Source: Candidatus Niyogibacteria bacterium CG10_big_fil_rev_8_21_14_0_10_46_36 (GTDB lineage Bacteria > Patescibacteriota > Minisyncoccia > 1-14-0-10-42-19). From it: a stretch of DNA of 64,000 nucleotides. The position numbers were made by a program, and so were the translations under genes. Positions 27,581 to 37,579 of the stretch are shown piece after piece. Where the stretch lies: contig PFCO01000001.1 in assembly GCA_002772995.1 (NCBI GenBank), positions 128,244-192,243 of the forward strand, in the 5' to 3' direction. Within the stretch, counting starts at the first letter, position 1, and every line of letters begins with the position of its first letter. A model generated the notes under the pieces. It ran no database searches. It was not told where the DNA came from and worked only from the letters and a program-made list of their open reading frames with translations.

Positions 27581-29434
27581 TCACTCAAAATATTTCCGTA
27601 ACCACAGCTCCAAATGCACCCACTGCCAGATATGAAACGAATTCGGGTTATGTTCCGCATGACAATATCTCCCGTATTCTTCAAGAGCCGCGCTTTGATT
27701 AAAGTAAGGGCGCTCAGCAAAAGACTTTGAAGCGAGGATGGGGTATATCCACGAAGTAAGGTCCTTTTTAAACCATTCGCGTTGCGGCGATGGAACCGCG
27801 CGCTTCGGGGCATTGCGCACCATATCCGGTATAAGATCGCGGAACGCTTTACGCATAAAATATCGCTGTTCTCCGTCCCGTATTTTATGCTCGCCCGGCA
27901 ATGATAAGCCGTACTCTATCAAACGATAATCAACAAAGGGGACGCGCTGTTCAACACCATACGCCATGGCTGCTCTATCCGCGCTATGCAAAATGCGGGG
28001 TAACTTTGTGTATAATATGTCGCGATATTGCATATTCCTAAAATGAGACACAAAGGGCTTTTCAAATTCAAGCCGGGAGGCGTGTGTTCGCAAAAACTCG
28101 CTGCGTAACGCGTGCGCATGCGTAAATGCCGTTCCATCCGCGGAAGTCCCCCCGTACAAATATGATGAAAGCGTGTTCATAAAAAAATTCATATGTTCCT
28201 CCGCTCCGGCAAACGCATGTGATTCTCCGTACCGCATTAGTTCTTTTTTTGCCTGTTCCCCTCCCTTCTCACGCATAACATCAAGCAAAAACGCCCCCAT
28301 GTAATACTCATATCCTCCTCCAATCTCATCTCCTCCTTGACCACCCAGCACAACGGGAATACCCTGCCTCTTGCAATGCTCAGCGACCATATGGAGTCCG
28401 AAAGTGGGCAGTCCAGGAAATGGCTCATCTTGATGCCATAGTACGCGTTCCGCAAGTTCCGCCATATGATGCGGCCGTATCTCTATAAAATTAACATGCC
28501 ATCCGAGCCCATCGGCAAGCGCCTGCATATAGGGCTTTTCTATATCTTGATGCTCGCCGTAAATATGAGAAAAAAGATGGAAATTCTTCTGCCCCTGCGA
28601 TACTTTATTCACCATTGCGGTAATCGCGGAAGAATCAAACCCGCCGGAAAGCTGAATGCCTATCGGAACATCACTCCTTAGCTGAAGCGTAACCGCGTCT
28701 TTGAATAAGTGCAAAAAACGCTCAGACACATCTCCCTCCGGGAGTGAGGATACGGCGTTAACCCGCTCGGCAAGATCCCAGTATCGTTGTATCGTAATAT
28801 GACCATCCCTCCAACGAAGCGTTGTGCCTGCCGGTAATTGAAAAATGTTTTTAAAAAAAGTTTCGTGCGAGTGCTGATAATAACCGCGCGCGAGATAATC
28901 ATAGATTATTTTATCATTCGGCTGCGTCTTAATGCCCGCGGCAAGCAACGCTTTTATCTCTGAAGCAAAATACAATACGCCGTTCTCCATCGCGTAGTAA
29001 AACGGCTTTACGCCGAGATGATCGCGAGCCGCAAAAAGTTCTTTTTTTCGCTCATCCCAGATGGCAAACGCGAATATCCCGTTCAGCCGCGAAACAACAG
29101 CCGGTCCCCATTTTTGATATCCATGCAAAATAACCTCGGTATCGCTCGTGCTTTTGAATGACACATCCTTCAGCTCCTCTTTTATCTCCAGATAGTTATA
29201 CACCTCTCCGTTATATGTAATCCAGCATGATTTGTCGGCAGATGCCATAGGTTGGTGCCCCGCCGAAGACAGGTCCAAAATGCTCAACCGCCTATGACCG
29301 AGCGCCACATTTTCACGCATATATGTTCCCTCGTCATCAGGACCCCGATGCTCAAGGCTTCGCACCATCGTATTGAGCTGCTCCTCTGAAGGAGCAAAAT
29401 TATCCCTATGAATAATGCCTGCAATACCACACAT
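27581..29434 (-). CDS. asnB: Asparagine synthase (glutamine-hydrolysing) family amidotransferase
   Basis: MCGIAG, HRGPD, GHRRLSILDLS, NGEVYNY, RDHLGVKP, LSGGFDSS, GQGGDE, EQRVPFVD. Confidence 0.95.
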   Translation of the reverse strand: MCGIAGIIHRDNFAPSEEQLNTMVRSLEHRGPDDEGTYMRENVALGHRRLSILDLSSAGHQPMASADKSCWITYNGEVYNYLEIKEELKDVSFKSTSDTEVILHGYQKWGPAVVSRLNGIFAFAIWDERKKELFAARDHLGVKPFYYAMENGVLYFASEIKALLAAGIKTQPNDKIIYDYLARGYYQHSHETFFKNIFQLPAGTTLRWRDGHITIQRYWDLAERVNAVSSLPEGDVSERFLHLFKDAVTLQLRSDVPIGIQLSGGFDSSAITAMVNKVSQGQKNFHLFSHIYGEHQDIEKPYMQALADGLGWHVNFIEIRPHHMAELAERVLWHQDEPFPGLPTFGLHMVAEHCKRQGIPVVLGGQGGDEIGGGYEYYMGAFLLDVMREKGGEQAKKELMRYGESHAFAGAEEHMNFFMNTLSSYLYGGTSADGTAFTHAHALRSEFLRTHASRLEFEKPFVSHFRNMQYRDILYTKLPRILHSADRAAMAYGVEQRVPFVDYRLIEYGLSLPGEHKIRDGEQRYFMRKAFRDLIPDMVRNAPKRAVPSPQREWFKKDLTSWIYPILASKSFAERPYFNQSAALEEYGRYCHAEHNPNSFHIWQWVHLELWLRKYFE

Positions 29435-29436
29435 AA

Positions 29437-30456
29437 TTATATTGTTTCAAAAAATTCTTTCATCTCGCTTTTAGGATTTTTTTTGTAAGCATCCCGGAAC
29501 CGCGCCCGCAATGTCCGTAACGGGCCCGCGTATTTATTCAAAAATAGTTTGTTTGCAGCCAGGTATGGAAGTTCTTTTATTTTTGTAGACGAACACAACC
29601 GAACGATGTCTTGATGCTTTTCTTTTTTGAACGTTTTTTTAATGCCTGTTTTTTTCGCGATAATGTGTATCTCGCCCGGAATGCAATTTTCCGGAAAAAA
29701 GATGTTTGAATGCCTTTTTAAAAGTGGCACGGAAAGCATGCGTTCCACCTCAAAACCCTCCTGCTCAAGCAGGCTTGAGAGTGTTACCGAGGTGAAATAA
29801 TATGTATGCACAAATTTAAAAAATTGCTTGCGAAATGTCATGCCATACAAGTCGGGAGTATTCAAATACAGTACGCCGCCGGGCTTTAACGCTTCCCCCA
29901 TGCGCTTTATCGCCGCCCTCGGATCAAGCATATGCTCAATTAAAGCAATACCAACTACCGCATCATATGACCCCGGAGAATATGCTTGGGAGAAAAAATC
30001 ACCCACAGTTATCGGAACCCCAAACACATCTTGTGCTTTCTGCGCCGCTTCTTCTCCCATCTCAACACCTGATACGTTCTCATATCCGCGTTCTTTTAAA
30101 AAATATAAAAATGCGCCCATACCGCATCCCACCTCTAATACGGATGCGGTTTTAGGAAGGCCCCAATGCCGCACCACCCAATCCGCATACCACTCTTGGT
30201 ATCGCTTTTTATCTAATATACTCTCTTTTGATAGTGTGTTATTTCGCTTTTTTCTAGAGCCAAGTCCTCCGCTGTAATATGCCGCATACGCTGATGCGGC
30301 AGGCCGCGGATGCAAAAAACAAAGCCCGCAACGCTTACACACAACAACATCAAAGGAGTCGCCTAAAAAGTCGTACCCCTCATTCCCCCGAAAGGTTAAG
30401 AGCGTATGAAAATCGCGAGCTACACAATTATTACAAAGGGTTATTCTCTTGGACAT
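29437..30456 (-). CDS. Class I SAM methyltransferase with N-terminal Cys motifs
   Basis: CNNC...CKRCGL, VLEVGCGMG, IEHMLDP, LKPGG. Confidence 0.9.
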   Translation of the reverse strand: MSKRITLCNNCVARDFHTLLTFRGNEGYDFLGDSFDVVVCKRCGLCFLHPRPAASAYAAYYSGGLGSRKKRNNTLSKESILDKKRYQEWYADWVVRHWGLPKTASVLEVGCGMGAFLYFLKERGYENVSGVEMGEEAAQKAQDVFGVPITVGDFFSQAYSPGSYDAVVGIALIEHMLDPRAAIKRMGEALKPGGVLYLNTPDLYGMTFRKQFFKFVHTYYFTSVTLSSLLEQEGFEVERMLSVPLLKRHSNIFFPENCIPGEIHIIAKKTGIKKTFKKEKHQDIVRLCSSTKIKELPYLAANKLFLNKYAGPLRTLRARFRDAYKKNPKSEMKEFFETI

Positions 30457-30463
30457 TGTGTAA

Positions 30464-31300
30464 TTAGAGATTAAAAATTTTTTGTAATGTTGTTTCTGCC
30501 TTATTCAATCGCAATGCCTGATACCACTTGTTCCATTTTTTAAAACGCGCAAGATCACGCGTAAATTCGGAGCCATATGCTTTTTTCTCTCTTTCGAAAC
30601 GCTCACGAACATAATGATACAGCTGTATGTCTAATTGATTCTTTTCTTTTATACGAACGATCAAAGATTCGGGGATTCGTGTTCGTTCTTTGCTATATCG
30701 CGGGGCTTTGTTTTCATTCGCCCGCGCATAATACACCCGACGGATACCCAGCGCTTTTTTCAACAAAAGCAAAGATTCATCGAATTGTTCAACAACGCCC
30801 GAAAATACAATATGTTCATCTATATTTTTCTTTGCCGTCTCAAGCGCGCGCGCATCAATTGGAACCGCTTTCGCATAGCCCATTATGTCTTCTCCCGCAA
30901 TCATGCGGGTCTGAAAATTAGAAACCATAGCGACATCACTTTCAATAAATTCGCGCAGTGAAATGTCTTTTGCCATTTGATCCGCCTTGTACGGCGATGC
31001 TTTTTTTTCTTGTGCTGCGTAATAAAATGAAACAACCCGCGAAATAGGCTCGCGGAGCATCGTGACATAATTGACAGGCCTTGAAAAATACGTATGCGCT
31101 CCAAAAGGAATATGCCCCCATAAAAACTTAATAGAATCCTTTTCCTGCTGTGAAAGGCCGCTAAACCCCCACATCGTTCCGTCCTCAAGAAGTTTTGTGC
31201 GTACTGCTGCCCGCTCTGGAAATGCGCGTGCGATGACCCGCTGGAATGTAACGCCACCCCCCTTCACGATATGAAGAAAAATTATGGGATCACGTGTCAT
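30464..31300 (-). CDS. Sulfotransferase family 2 protein, paralog 2
   Basis: IFLHIVKGGGVTF, WGHIPFG, LREPISRVVSFY, SNFQTR, GVVEQFDESL, NQLDIQLY. Confidence 0.85.
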   Translation of the reverse strand: MTRDPIIFLHIVKGGGVTFQRVIARAFPERAAVRTKLLEDGTMWGFSGLSQQEKDSIKFLWGHIPFGAHTYFSRPVNYVTMLREPISRVVSFYYAAQEKKASPYKADQMAKDISLREFIESDVAMVSNFQTRMIAGEDIMGYAKAVPIDARALETAKKNIDEHIVFSGVVEQFDESLLLLKKALGIRRVYYARANENKAPRYSKERTRIPESLIVRIKEKNQLDIQLYHYVRERFEREKKAYGSEFTRDLARFKKWNKWYQALRLNKAETTLQKIFNL

Positions 31301-32378
31301 GATGTTTTACAAGATACCCTATTTGTTCCAAATGCCTGGCTAATTCATCATGCTTATGCTTATCGGGGTAATGTTCAAGAACCAACGATGCATGTTTTAA
31401 AATTCTATTCATGGTCATAACTGCTTCTATGGGATGTTTTCCTATAGCGGTCTCCGCTGACAATGTAACGCCTGCCGCACCGTCACGCACCGTTGTTACA
31501 ATGTCGTGCACCTCCGCAAGCGTCGGGCTTCTTTTCTCAACCATTGTCTCCAAAAGATTTGTTGCCACAAAAACCTCTTTGCCTGCCTCGCGAGCTTTTT
31601 TGAGTATAATTTTCTGCACAAATGGTATTTTTTCAACGGGTATTTCCTTGCTCAAATCTCCCCTGTCTATCAAGATCATATCCGATCTTTTTATTATGTC
31701 ATCTATATGCAGTAATGCATCAGCGCATTCTACCTTTGAGATAATCTTCATAGAATTGTTTGACGCCTTTCGCATAGCGTCCACATACTCTCCGGAACGA
31801 ATAAAAGAGGCAGCAAGATGTCCAATCTGCTCCCGCAGTCCGATCGCGATAGATTCGTGGTCCTTCTTTGTTAACGGATGAAGATTAAACTGTTTTTGGG
31901 CTGAAGAATGCACAGCAATTCCTTTATTGCTTCCTAATACCCCGCTTTCATGCACCCGCAAAACAATATATCCTTCCGCAAGCATCGTAACATCGGATAC
32001 ACACAACGCCAAAGAATCAAACCCGACACGCAATATATCTCCGACCGCGAGCTGACCCAAAATATGGCCTGGCCGCAACGAAAACGAATGCGCATCGCCA
32101 ACCGTCGGAACAGCATACGCTTTAATCATATGTCCTTTTTCAAGATATGCCGCATCATGCGCGATCATGTCTGAGCGGATTTGCGAGCCTTCGGTATCAA
32201 TAATAAACGGGATGCCGACCTTACGCGCGAGCGCAACAAAATATTCAAGATCCTCGATGCTTGAATGGGACATATTTACGCGCACAAAATCAACCCCGTT
32301 ATCCTTAAGGCGCCTGAGATCCGATTCATTTTTCGTTGACGGACCAAGAGTGACAATAAGTTTTATCCTATTGTTCAT
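31290..32378 (-). CDS. Pyruvate-kinase-like protein lacking the C-terminal domain
   Basis: TLGPST, RVNMSH, DTEGSQIR, ASFIRS, ISKVE, IDRGDLS, ATNLLETM, PTLAE, LSAETAIGKHP; ends shortly after the barrel. Confidence 0.85.
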   Translation of the reverse strand: MNNRIKLIVTLGPSTKNESDLRRLKDNGVDFVRVNMSHSSIEDLEYFVALARKVGIPFIIDTEGSQIRSDMIAHDAAYLEKGHMIKAYAVPTVGDAHSFSLRPGHILGQLAVGDILRVGFDSLALCVSDVTMLAEGYIVLRVHESGVLGSNKGIAVHSSAQKQFNLHPLTKKDHESIAIGLREQIGHLAASFIRSGEYVDAMRKASNNSMKIISKVECADALLHIDDIIKRSDMILIDRGDLSKEIPVEKIPFVQKIILKKAREAGKEVFVATNLLETMVEKRSPTLAEVHDIVTTVRDGAAGVTLSAETAIGKHPIEAVMTMNRILKHASLVLEHYPDKHKHDELARHLEQIGYLVKHHDT

Positions 32379-32431
32379 GGAATTAGCATAAAGTATTTGA
32401 CACAAAAATTCAAACCTGTTGGAATAACCAT
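32379..32431. promoter_or_regulatory. Interdigitated divergent leaderless-type promoters
   Basis: Minus: TTGAAT-17-TATGCT-6-ATG(32378). Plus: TTGACA-17-TGGAAT-6-ATG(32432). Confidence 0.6.
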
Positions 32432-33163
32432 ATGAAACAACAAAACGGGCTGCGGGTACTTGGAGTGGTGGGCGCGCGTTCTGGTTCTAAAGGCATACCC
32501 GATAAGAACATCAAACCGCTTGCAGGCAAACCACTCATGGCATGGATAATTGAGGCAGCAAAAAAATCAATCCACGCCCCCCGCGTTGTCCTTTCTACCG
32601 ACTCTCAAGCATACGCGGATATCGGTAAGCAATACGGCACAGAAGTTCCATTTTTGCGCCCGAAAGAACTCGCGGGAGACAATATTCCCGACTTTGATTT
32701 TTTGTATCACGCGGCAACATGGCTTAAGGAACACGAAGGCTGGCAAGCAGATATTATTCTGCGTCTTCCACCAACCACCCCGCTATGCACGCCCGAACAC
32801 ATAGATGCCTGCATCAAGCTTTTATTGGATGACCCGCGCGCTGACTCTTCAAGAACAGTCACAAAGGCGAACAAGCATCCCTATAAATTATGGCGCCTAA
32901 ACGGCAATTATATTGAACCTTTCTTCCTGGAAGAGTATACGGGCCTCAAAGACGCGCACAATCTCCCCCGCCAATCATTCCCCGAAGCCTATGCGCATGT
33001 GGATGTCATCGCGCTTCGATGGAAAACATTAGTAGAAAACAAAGAGATGGCCGGCAAATATGTGCGCTACCATCTTATACCAAAAGAAGAAGCGATTGAC
33101 ATAGATACCGAAATTGATTTCTTAACCGCAGAAGAACTACTAAAAAGAAAAAAAGAAGGCTAA
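32432..33163 (+). CDS. neuA: CMP-nonulosonate synthetase (acylneuraminate cytidylyltransferase), copy 1
   Basis: ARSGSKGIPDKNIKPLAGKPL, LSTDS, FLRPKELAGD, PTTPL, RQSFP, DIDTEIDF. Confidence 0.92.
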   Translation: MKQQNGLRVLGVVGARSGSKGIPDKNIKPLAGKPLMAWIIEAAKKSIHAPRVVLSTDSQAYADIGKQYGTEVPFLRPKELAGDNIPDFDFLYHAATWLKEHEGWQADIILRLPPTTPLCTPEHIDACIKLLLDDPRADSSRTVTKANKHPYKLWRLNGNYIEPFFLEEYTGLKDAHNLPRQSFPEAYAHVDVIALRWKTLVENKEMAGKYVRYHLIPKEEAIDIDTEIDFLTAEELLKRKKEG

Positions 33164-33165
33164 TC

Positions 33166-33768
33166 TTATCCTTCTTTTTTTATGAATAATGACTGGTTGT
33201 TAAGCCAATTAAAAGAAAACGCGTGCCCCGAAAGATGCTGCCTAAGAAAATTACAATTTGATTTCCGGGAATCAACTACTATATATGTCGGTCGATTTTG
33301 CATAAGGAGAATATCTACCGCGACCAATCTATCAGGCAAAAGTTCGGGTCCGTCAAGATAAACAAAATCGGCATGCTTAACATCGCCATCAAAATAAAAT
33401 CCTTGGACTCCCTGGTATTCGGTTTCCTTTTTCGGCGCATAGAAAACGGTAACAAAGTTTTTTACATGAGCAGGCAAAGAGTTTTCCGTAACCTTTTTCC
33501 ATTTTTCGCTTTCATCATACGCAAAAAGATGTCCTTTTCTATTCTCATACAACGCCTGTCCAATAATAATAGTTGAACATCCACTCCCAAACTCCACTAC
33601 TGTTTCGGGCTTGTATTTCTTTATTCTCCAATACAGATTCCATAACTTATGCCATTTTGGAGAATACGCATCTGCCGGACGGCTATCAAAAAGGCGCTTA
33701 AAGCGGCGCATACGAAACGCAGAGTATCGCCAATACAACATTTTAATATAGTAACGAAAATGCCCCAT
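33166..33768 (-). CDS. Class I SAM methyltransferase-like protein
   Basis: KYKPETVVEFGSGCST, DFVYLDGP. Confidence 0.75.
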   Translation of the reverse strand: MGHFRYYIKMLYWRYSAFRMRRFKRLFDSRPADAYSPKWHKLWNLYWRIKKYKPETVVEFGSGCSTIIIGQALYENRKGHLFAYDESEKWKKVTENSLPAHVKNFVTVFYAPKKETEYQGVQGFYFDGDVKHADFVYLDGPELLPDRLVAVDILLMQNRPTYIVVDSRKSNCNFLRQHLSGHAFSFNWLNNQSLFIKKEG

Positions 33769-33771
33769 AAA

Positions 33772-35145
33772 CTATGCCCCCGAAGCAATAATTAAAAACT
33801 TTGCGAGCCGCTCCCCGGATTTGCCGTCCATAATACCGCAACACGCCTCTCGGAATTCTTTACGCGCCTCTTTGTCTTGCGATGGGTCTTTCATGTAATT
33901 ATGAAGAGCGCTTATATATTCCTCTTTTGTTTTTGCTAAACGAATGGCGCCAAGCGCGACGGGATGCGCGTAATGATTATAATCCCACCGGTGGTCTCCC
34001 TCAAAATACCCCCGAGGACGCGAGTGGAATCCGGCGATCACAACAGGCTTATCAAAAAATACGCCGTCTAGCGCAATGGAAGACGGCCCACAGCTTACTA
34101 CATCGCTATAATATATCGCGCACATGAGATTATCGTCGTCTTCAATGCTGATCTCTCTATCCCCCTCTACATCATCGCGAAATACCACGCCGGGTTTATC
34201 AAAGTACATGTTTGGATAAGGCTTTTGGCCTTGCAACTGTCTCGTAGGAATAGTAGGGGCGAAACGCACATAGACCTGTTCGGACATTGTGCTCAATATA
34301 CCCAATACATATGGATCGGTATCATTGTCAGGTATATATTGATCCCCGATAACTGCGTGCATAATCATTTTTTTTGCCGGATCAAAGCCGATTTTTTTGA
34401 AAAACTCATCACGCGAAAGCTTTGGGCCGCGGAAATATTTATCATAATGAGGAATCCCTACAACGGTTATATTTTTATTCTCAAAATCATGAAAGCGAAG
34501 TGCGTCATCACGCAACCGGTAGGTCGCGGTCACCAGGTGATCAGGCATGGCGCGCACTAAGCCATGGAGTGTTAGGTTGTCCCATGAACGGACCATTCCG
34601 TACGCCGGAACGGCATAGCGTTTTGATTCATGAATAAGCTCCACATCCCGTTCATTTAATAAATCAGTGGCAAATATGAGATTAGGATTGTATTTCTCAA
34701 AATACGGCTTGAATCTTCCCTTGTACGCGGTATGAAAATCTATAAATCGCAGAAACGAACGCATAAAACGAAAACGGAAGAGTGGTTCGAGCGCAAACAT
34801 CCCCAGCCAATAAAAGAATTTCCCCTCTTGCTTCCACTTCAATTTCCGCTCAAGGCGCACCGATGCCGTATGATGAACAAATTTTGAGATACGCTTGCAC
34901 GCAAGAGTGGCAAAATTGCCGGAGGGAGAAGGCATGGCGATGCTCTCTATTATTACATTCGGATATGAAAAGTGTTTTTCAAAATAATCCTTTTTGTAAT
35001 GAAGCACAAAAAGAACAACCCGGACATTTCCATTCTCCGAAAGAAAGCGCAGTACATCCGTTGCAAGAATGTTGCGCGATATGAACGGATGAAAGCTTGA
35101 AATAAAAACGGTTTTTTTGATATTTGCGCGTTTATCTCGGGACAT
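33772..35145 (-). CDS. GT-B fold CMP/CDP-donor transferase, paralog 2
   Basis: RSWDNLT, VGIPHYDKY, VRFAP, PSSIALDGVFFDKPVV, DGKSGERLA. Confidence 0.7.
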   Translation of the reverse strand: MSRDKRANIKKTVFISSFHPFISRNILATDVLRFLSENGNVRVVLFVLHYKKDYFEKHFSYPNVIIESIAMPSPSGNFATLACKRISKFVHHTASVRLERKLKWKQEGKFFYWLGMFALEPLFRFRFMRSFLRFIDFHTAYKGRFKPYFEKYNPNLIFATDLLNERDVELIHESKRYAVPAYGMVRSWDNLTLHGLVRAMPDHLVTATYRLRDDALRFHDFENKNITVVGIPHYDKYFRGPKLSRDEFFKKIGFDPAKKMIMHAVIGDQYIPDNDTDPYVLGILSTMSEQVYVRFAPTIPTRQLQGQKPYPNMYFDKPGVVFRDDVEGDREISIEDDDNLMCAIYYSDVVSCGPSSIALDGVFFDKPVVIAGFHSRPRGYFEGDHRWDYNHYAHPVALGAIRLAKTKEEYISALHNYMKDPSQDKEARKEFREACCGIMDGKSGERLAKFLIIASGA

Positions 35146-35157
35146 AAGCGTTTTTTA

Positions 35158-36552
35158 TTATACACGAACGACCTTCCTTAGAAAACCCGAGGAAAGCGAA
35201 ATGATAGTCCGCAAAAAAACCTTGTCCTCTTCTCCGAAAGAGAATAATTTTTTCCACTCAAATTGGATAGAAATCTTATATCGCCGAAGATAAAAATAAA
35301 TAAGTGGCAAGATAACTAACGGCGTTACGATACGCTCCAATGGAAGCGCCCAAATACCGATAAGCGGTATACACACGAGATAAAAAACAAATATAAAGGT
35401 CTCATTCAAAGCGCTTTTTACAAATAAAAACTTCTGCTTGCGTAAATACACAAGATATGACCCCAGGAGCGACCCAAAGGCTATGATGGGAACATTGAAA
35501 AGCAAAATATAAAAGAATGGGAGGGCGGGGGTATATTGCTCAAAAAATATTCTAATAACCGGCGGGAACACAATAAGCGCGCCGCCCGCAAGAACAAGCG
35601 ACAGTAAAAACATATATTTTGTACCGTATGTAAAAATCCTTTGCTGGCGGACTGCGTCGCTCCCTACAAGCGGAATAAGTGTCACAAATGACTTTACTGG
35701 GAAAAAGTCTTTTACCATGCCAATAATGCTTTTTGCGACAACAAAAAGACCGAGCACCTCTGTGCTTAAAAGAACCTTGATTATCCATGGCTGAACAAGA
35801 TCCGATGTGTTATTGATAAGCGGGCGAAACAGATTCCATTTTCCGTACGAGCGGAAAATACCGAACATCATAAACCGCTCTTTTGCAGACGCGATGCTTC
35901 GCCAGGGAGCATACGCCTTCAATGCGAGCGGGACCATTGTTGCAAGCCCGACAAATGCGCCGATTATCTCCGAAAGAACCACCTCGCGTATACCGATATG
36001 CGCGGTAAAATAAAACACCGCAAGCGCTATGAGTTGTGCAAGTTTGTTAACATTAGAACGCACCGCAATGGCGCGGAAAAACAAGCGCGCGCGAACCAAG
36101 AGTTTGCATAGATCAAAAAAGATATCATGAAGAAAAAGAAAAGAGAGCAACCGCATGATGCCGATAAACTCTTCCCCGAACCGAAAAGACAATAAGGATG
36201 CTCCAAAAAATACTCCCGCCCATATCAACACTCCCGATATAAACCGATATAACGCGAGCTCATGGAATAATTTTTTTGCGCGCGCGTCATCTCCTTCCCC
36301 AAAAAACCGAAAAATATCATTACCGATAACGCCCCCTCCCCAGCCAACAAACGCCGAAAAAAATGCATATGTCACAATAAGCAGCTGGTATGCTCCGTAC
36401 TCATACGGTGAGAGGGATGATAATATAAAAAAACTAATCCCAAGAGCAAGTACCCGCACAATGACGCGGGAAATGGTCGCATATGATTCTGATGCGAGCA
36501 TTCTTTCGGTGAAAAAGAGATCTTTTCCTCGTTGTTGTGCTGTATTGCTCAT
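35158..36552 (-). CDS. Polysaccharide flippase (Wzx/MOP family)
   Basis: About 12 hydrophobic helices, LSPYEYGAY and LSTEVLGLF repeats typical of oligosaccharide flippases, location within the glycan locus. Confidence 0.8.
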   Translation of the reverse strand: MSNTAQQRGKDLFFTERMLASESYATISRVIVRVLALGISFFILSSLSPYEYGAYQLLIVTYAFFSAFVGWGGGVIGNDIFRFFGEGDDARAKKLFHELALYRFISGVLIWAGVFFGASLLSFRFGEEFIGIMRLLSFLFLHDIFFDLCKLLVRARLFFRAIAVRSNVNKLAQLIALAVFYFTAHIGIREVVLSEIIGAFVGLATMVPLALKAYAPWRSIASAKERFMMFGIFRSYGKWNLFRPLINNTSDLVQPWIIKVLLSTEVLGLFVVAKSIIGMVKDFFPVKSFVTLIPLVGSDAVRQQRIFTYGTKYMFLLSLVLAGGALIVFPPVIRIFFEQYTPALPFFYILLFNVPIIAFGSLLGSYLVYLRKQKFLFVKSALNETFIFVFYLVCIPLIGIWALPLERIVTPLVILPLIYFYLRRYKISIQFEWKKLFSFGEEDKVFLRTIISLSSGFLRKVVRV

Positions 36553-37577
36553 TCTCGAAAATATTCATGACGATACATCGTCATCCTAGGATTAAGCATC
36601 GCTATAGAACCATCGTCTTTTATAGAAAAATACGGCGCCCTCCCTCCAATGACATCATTTGTGTCCAGTCGCGATAATAACAGCGGATGAGAAAGAGCTT
36701 TATTAAAGCTCCGCTCCATCGTAAAGCCGAGCTGAAACCCAAGCGACTCCCCTATGTTAGGAATTGATGCGGGGATTACCTCGGCATTGCCGTACGGGTA
36801 TGAGACACTTGATAGACGGAAAGGATGTTCTTGTATCACCGATGAAAGCGCTTCAACGCACAAATCAAATTCTTTCCTTATAACCCCCTCATCGATTGAT
36901 GAGAGAGCCGGATGTGAATATGTATGAATGCCCAGCATCCCGCGTTTATATAATTGCCGAAGCTGTTCAGGAGACATATAAAACTCTTTTACAAAATCCT
37001 TCTCATTCTGCACCAACTCCAAAAATATTCTATCCACTATGCGCTCCCGGATGTCAGCGGATATAAATCCTTTATTAAGCGCAAACTTTAAACGCGCAAC
37101 ATACGGATCATCATAATAGTAGTGCTTCCGAAGCTCCTCCTCGCTTACGCTCAATTGAGAAAGATCAAGTATATCGCCGGTTATATCCCGAAAATAATCC
37201 TGCACCTTCTGCCAAAATGTTTCCGGAGGCATATGAGCCCGCGCCCAATGTATTTTATGGATAGAAATCGCTTTTTGTTCCCCGTATGGAAGCCCATTTA
37301 CAAAAAAAACTGCGGGGATGCCGAGTTTGTCCAGTATTGGCAGCGCCCGTTCGTATTGGTTCTGCATTCCGTCATCAAAAGTTACGATACAAGCACGCTC
37401 GGGGAGTGCTGCCTCTCCCGCAATTACTTTAAGCAAATCCCGCTCCCCCATAAAAGAAAAATGCCTCTCCAGCAATTCTAACTGGGATGTAAGGTGCGCA
37501 GGCGAAGTTGCGTAAATCCCCGGATACGGATATTCGTTCTCTTCACCAATATAGTGATAATTGACGCCCAACAGCAT
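36549..37577 (-). CDS. Polysaccharide deacetylase (NodB/CE4)
   Basis: NYHYI, VTFDDG, GIHTYSHP, SYPYG, LSRLD. Confidence 0.9.
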   Translation of the reverse strand: MLLGVNYHYIGEENEYPYPGIYATSPAHLTSQLELLERHFSFMGERDLLKVIAGEAALPERACIVTFDDGMQNQYERALPILDKLGIPAVFFVNGLPYGEQKAISIHKIHWARAHMPPETFWQKVQDYFRDITGDILDLSQLSVSEEELRKHYYYDDPYVARLKFALNKGFISADIRERIVDRIFLELVQNEKDFVKEFYMSPEQLRQLYKRGMLGIHTYSHPALSSIDEGVIRKEFDLCVEALSSVIQEHPFRLSSVSYPYGNAEVIPASIPNIGESLGFQLGFTMERSFNKALSHPLLLSRLDTNDVIGGRAPYFSIKDDGSIAMLNPRMTMYRHEYFRE

Positions 37578-37579
37578 AT

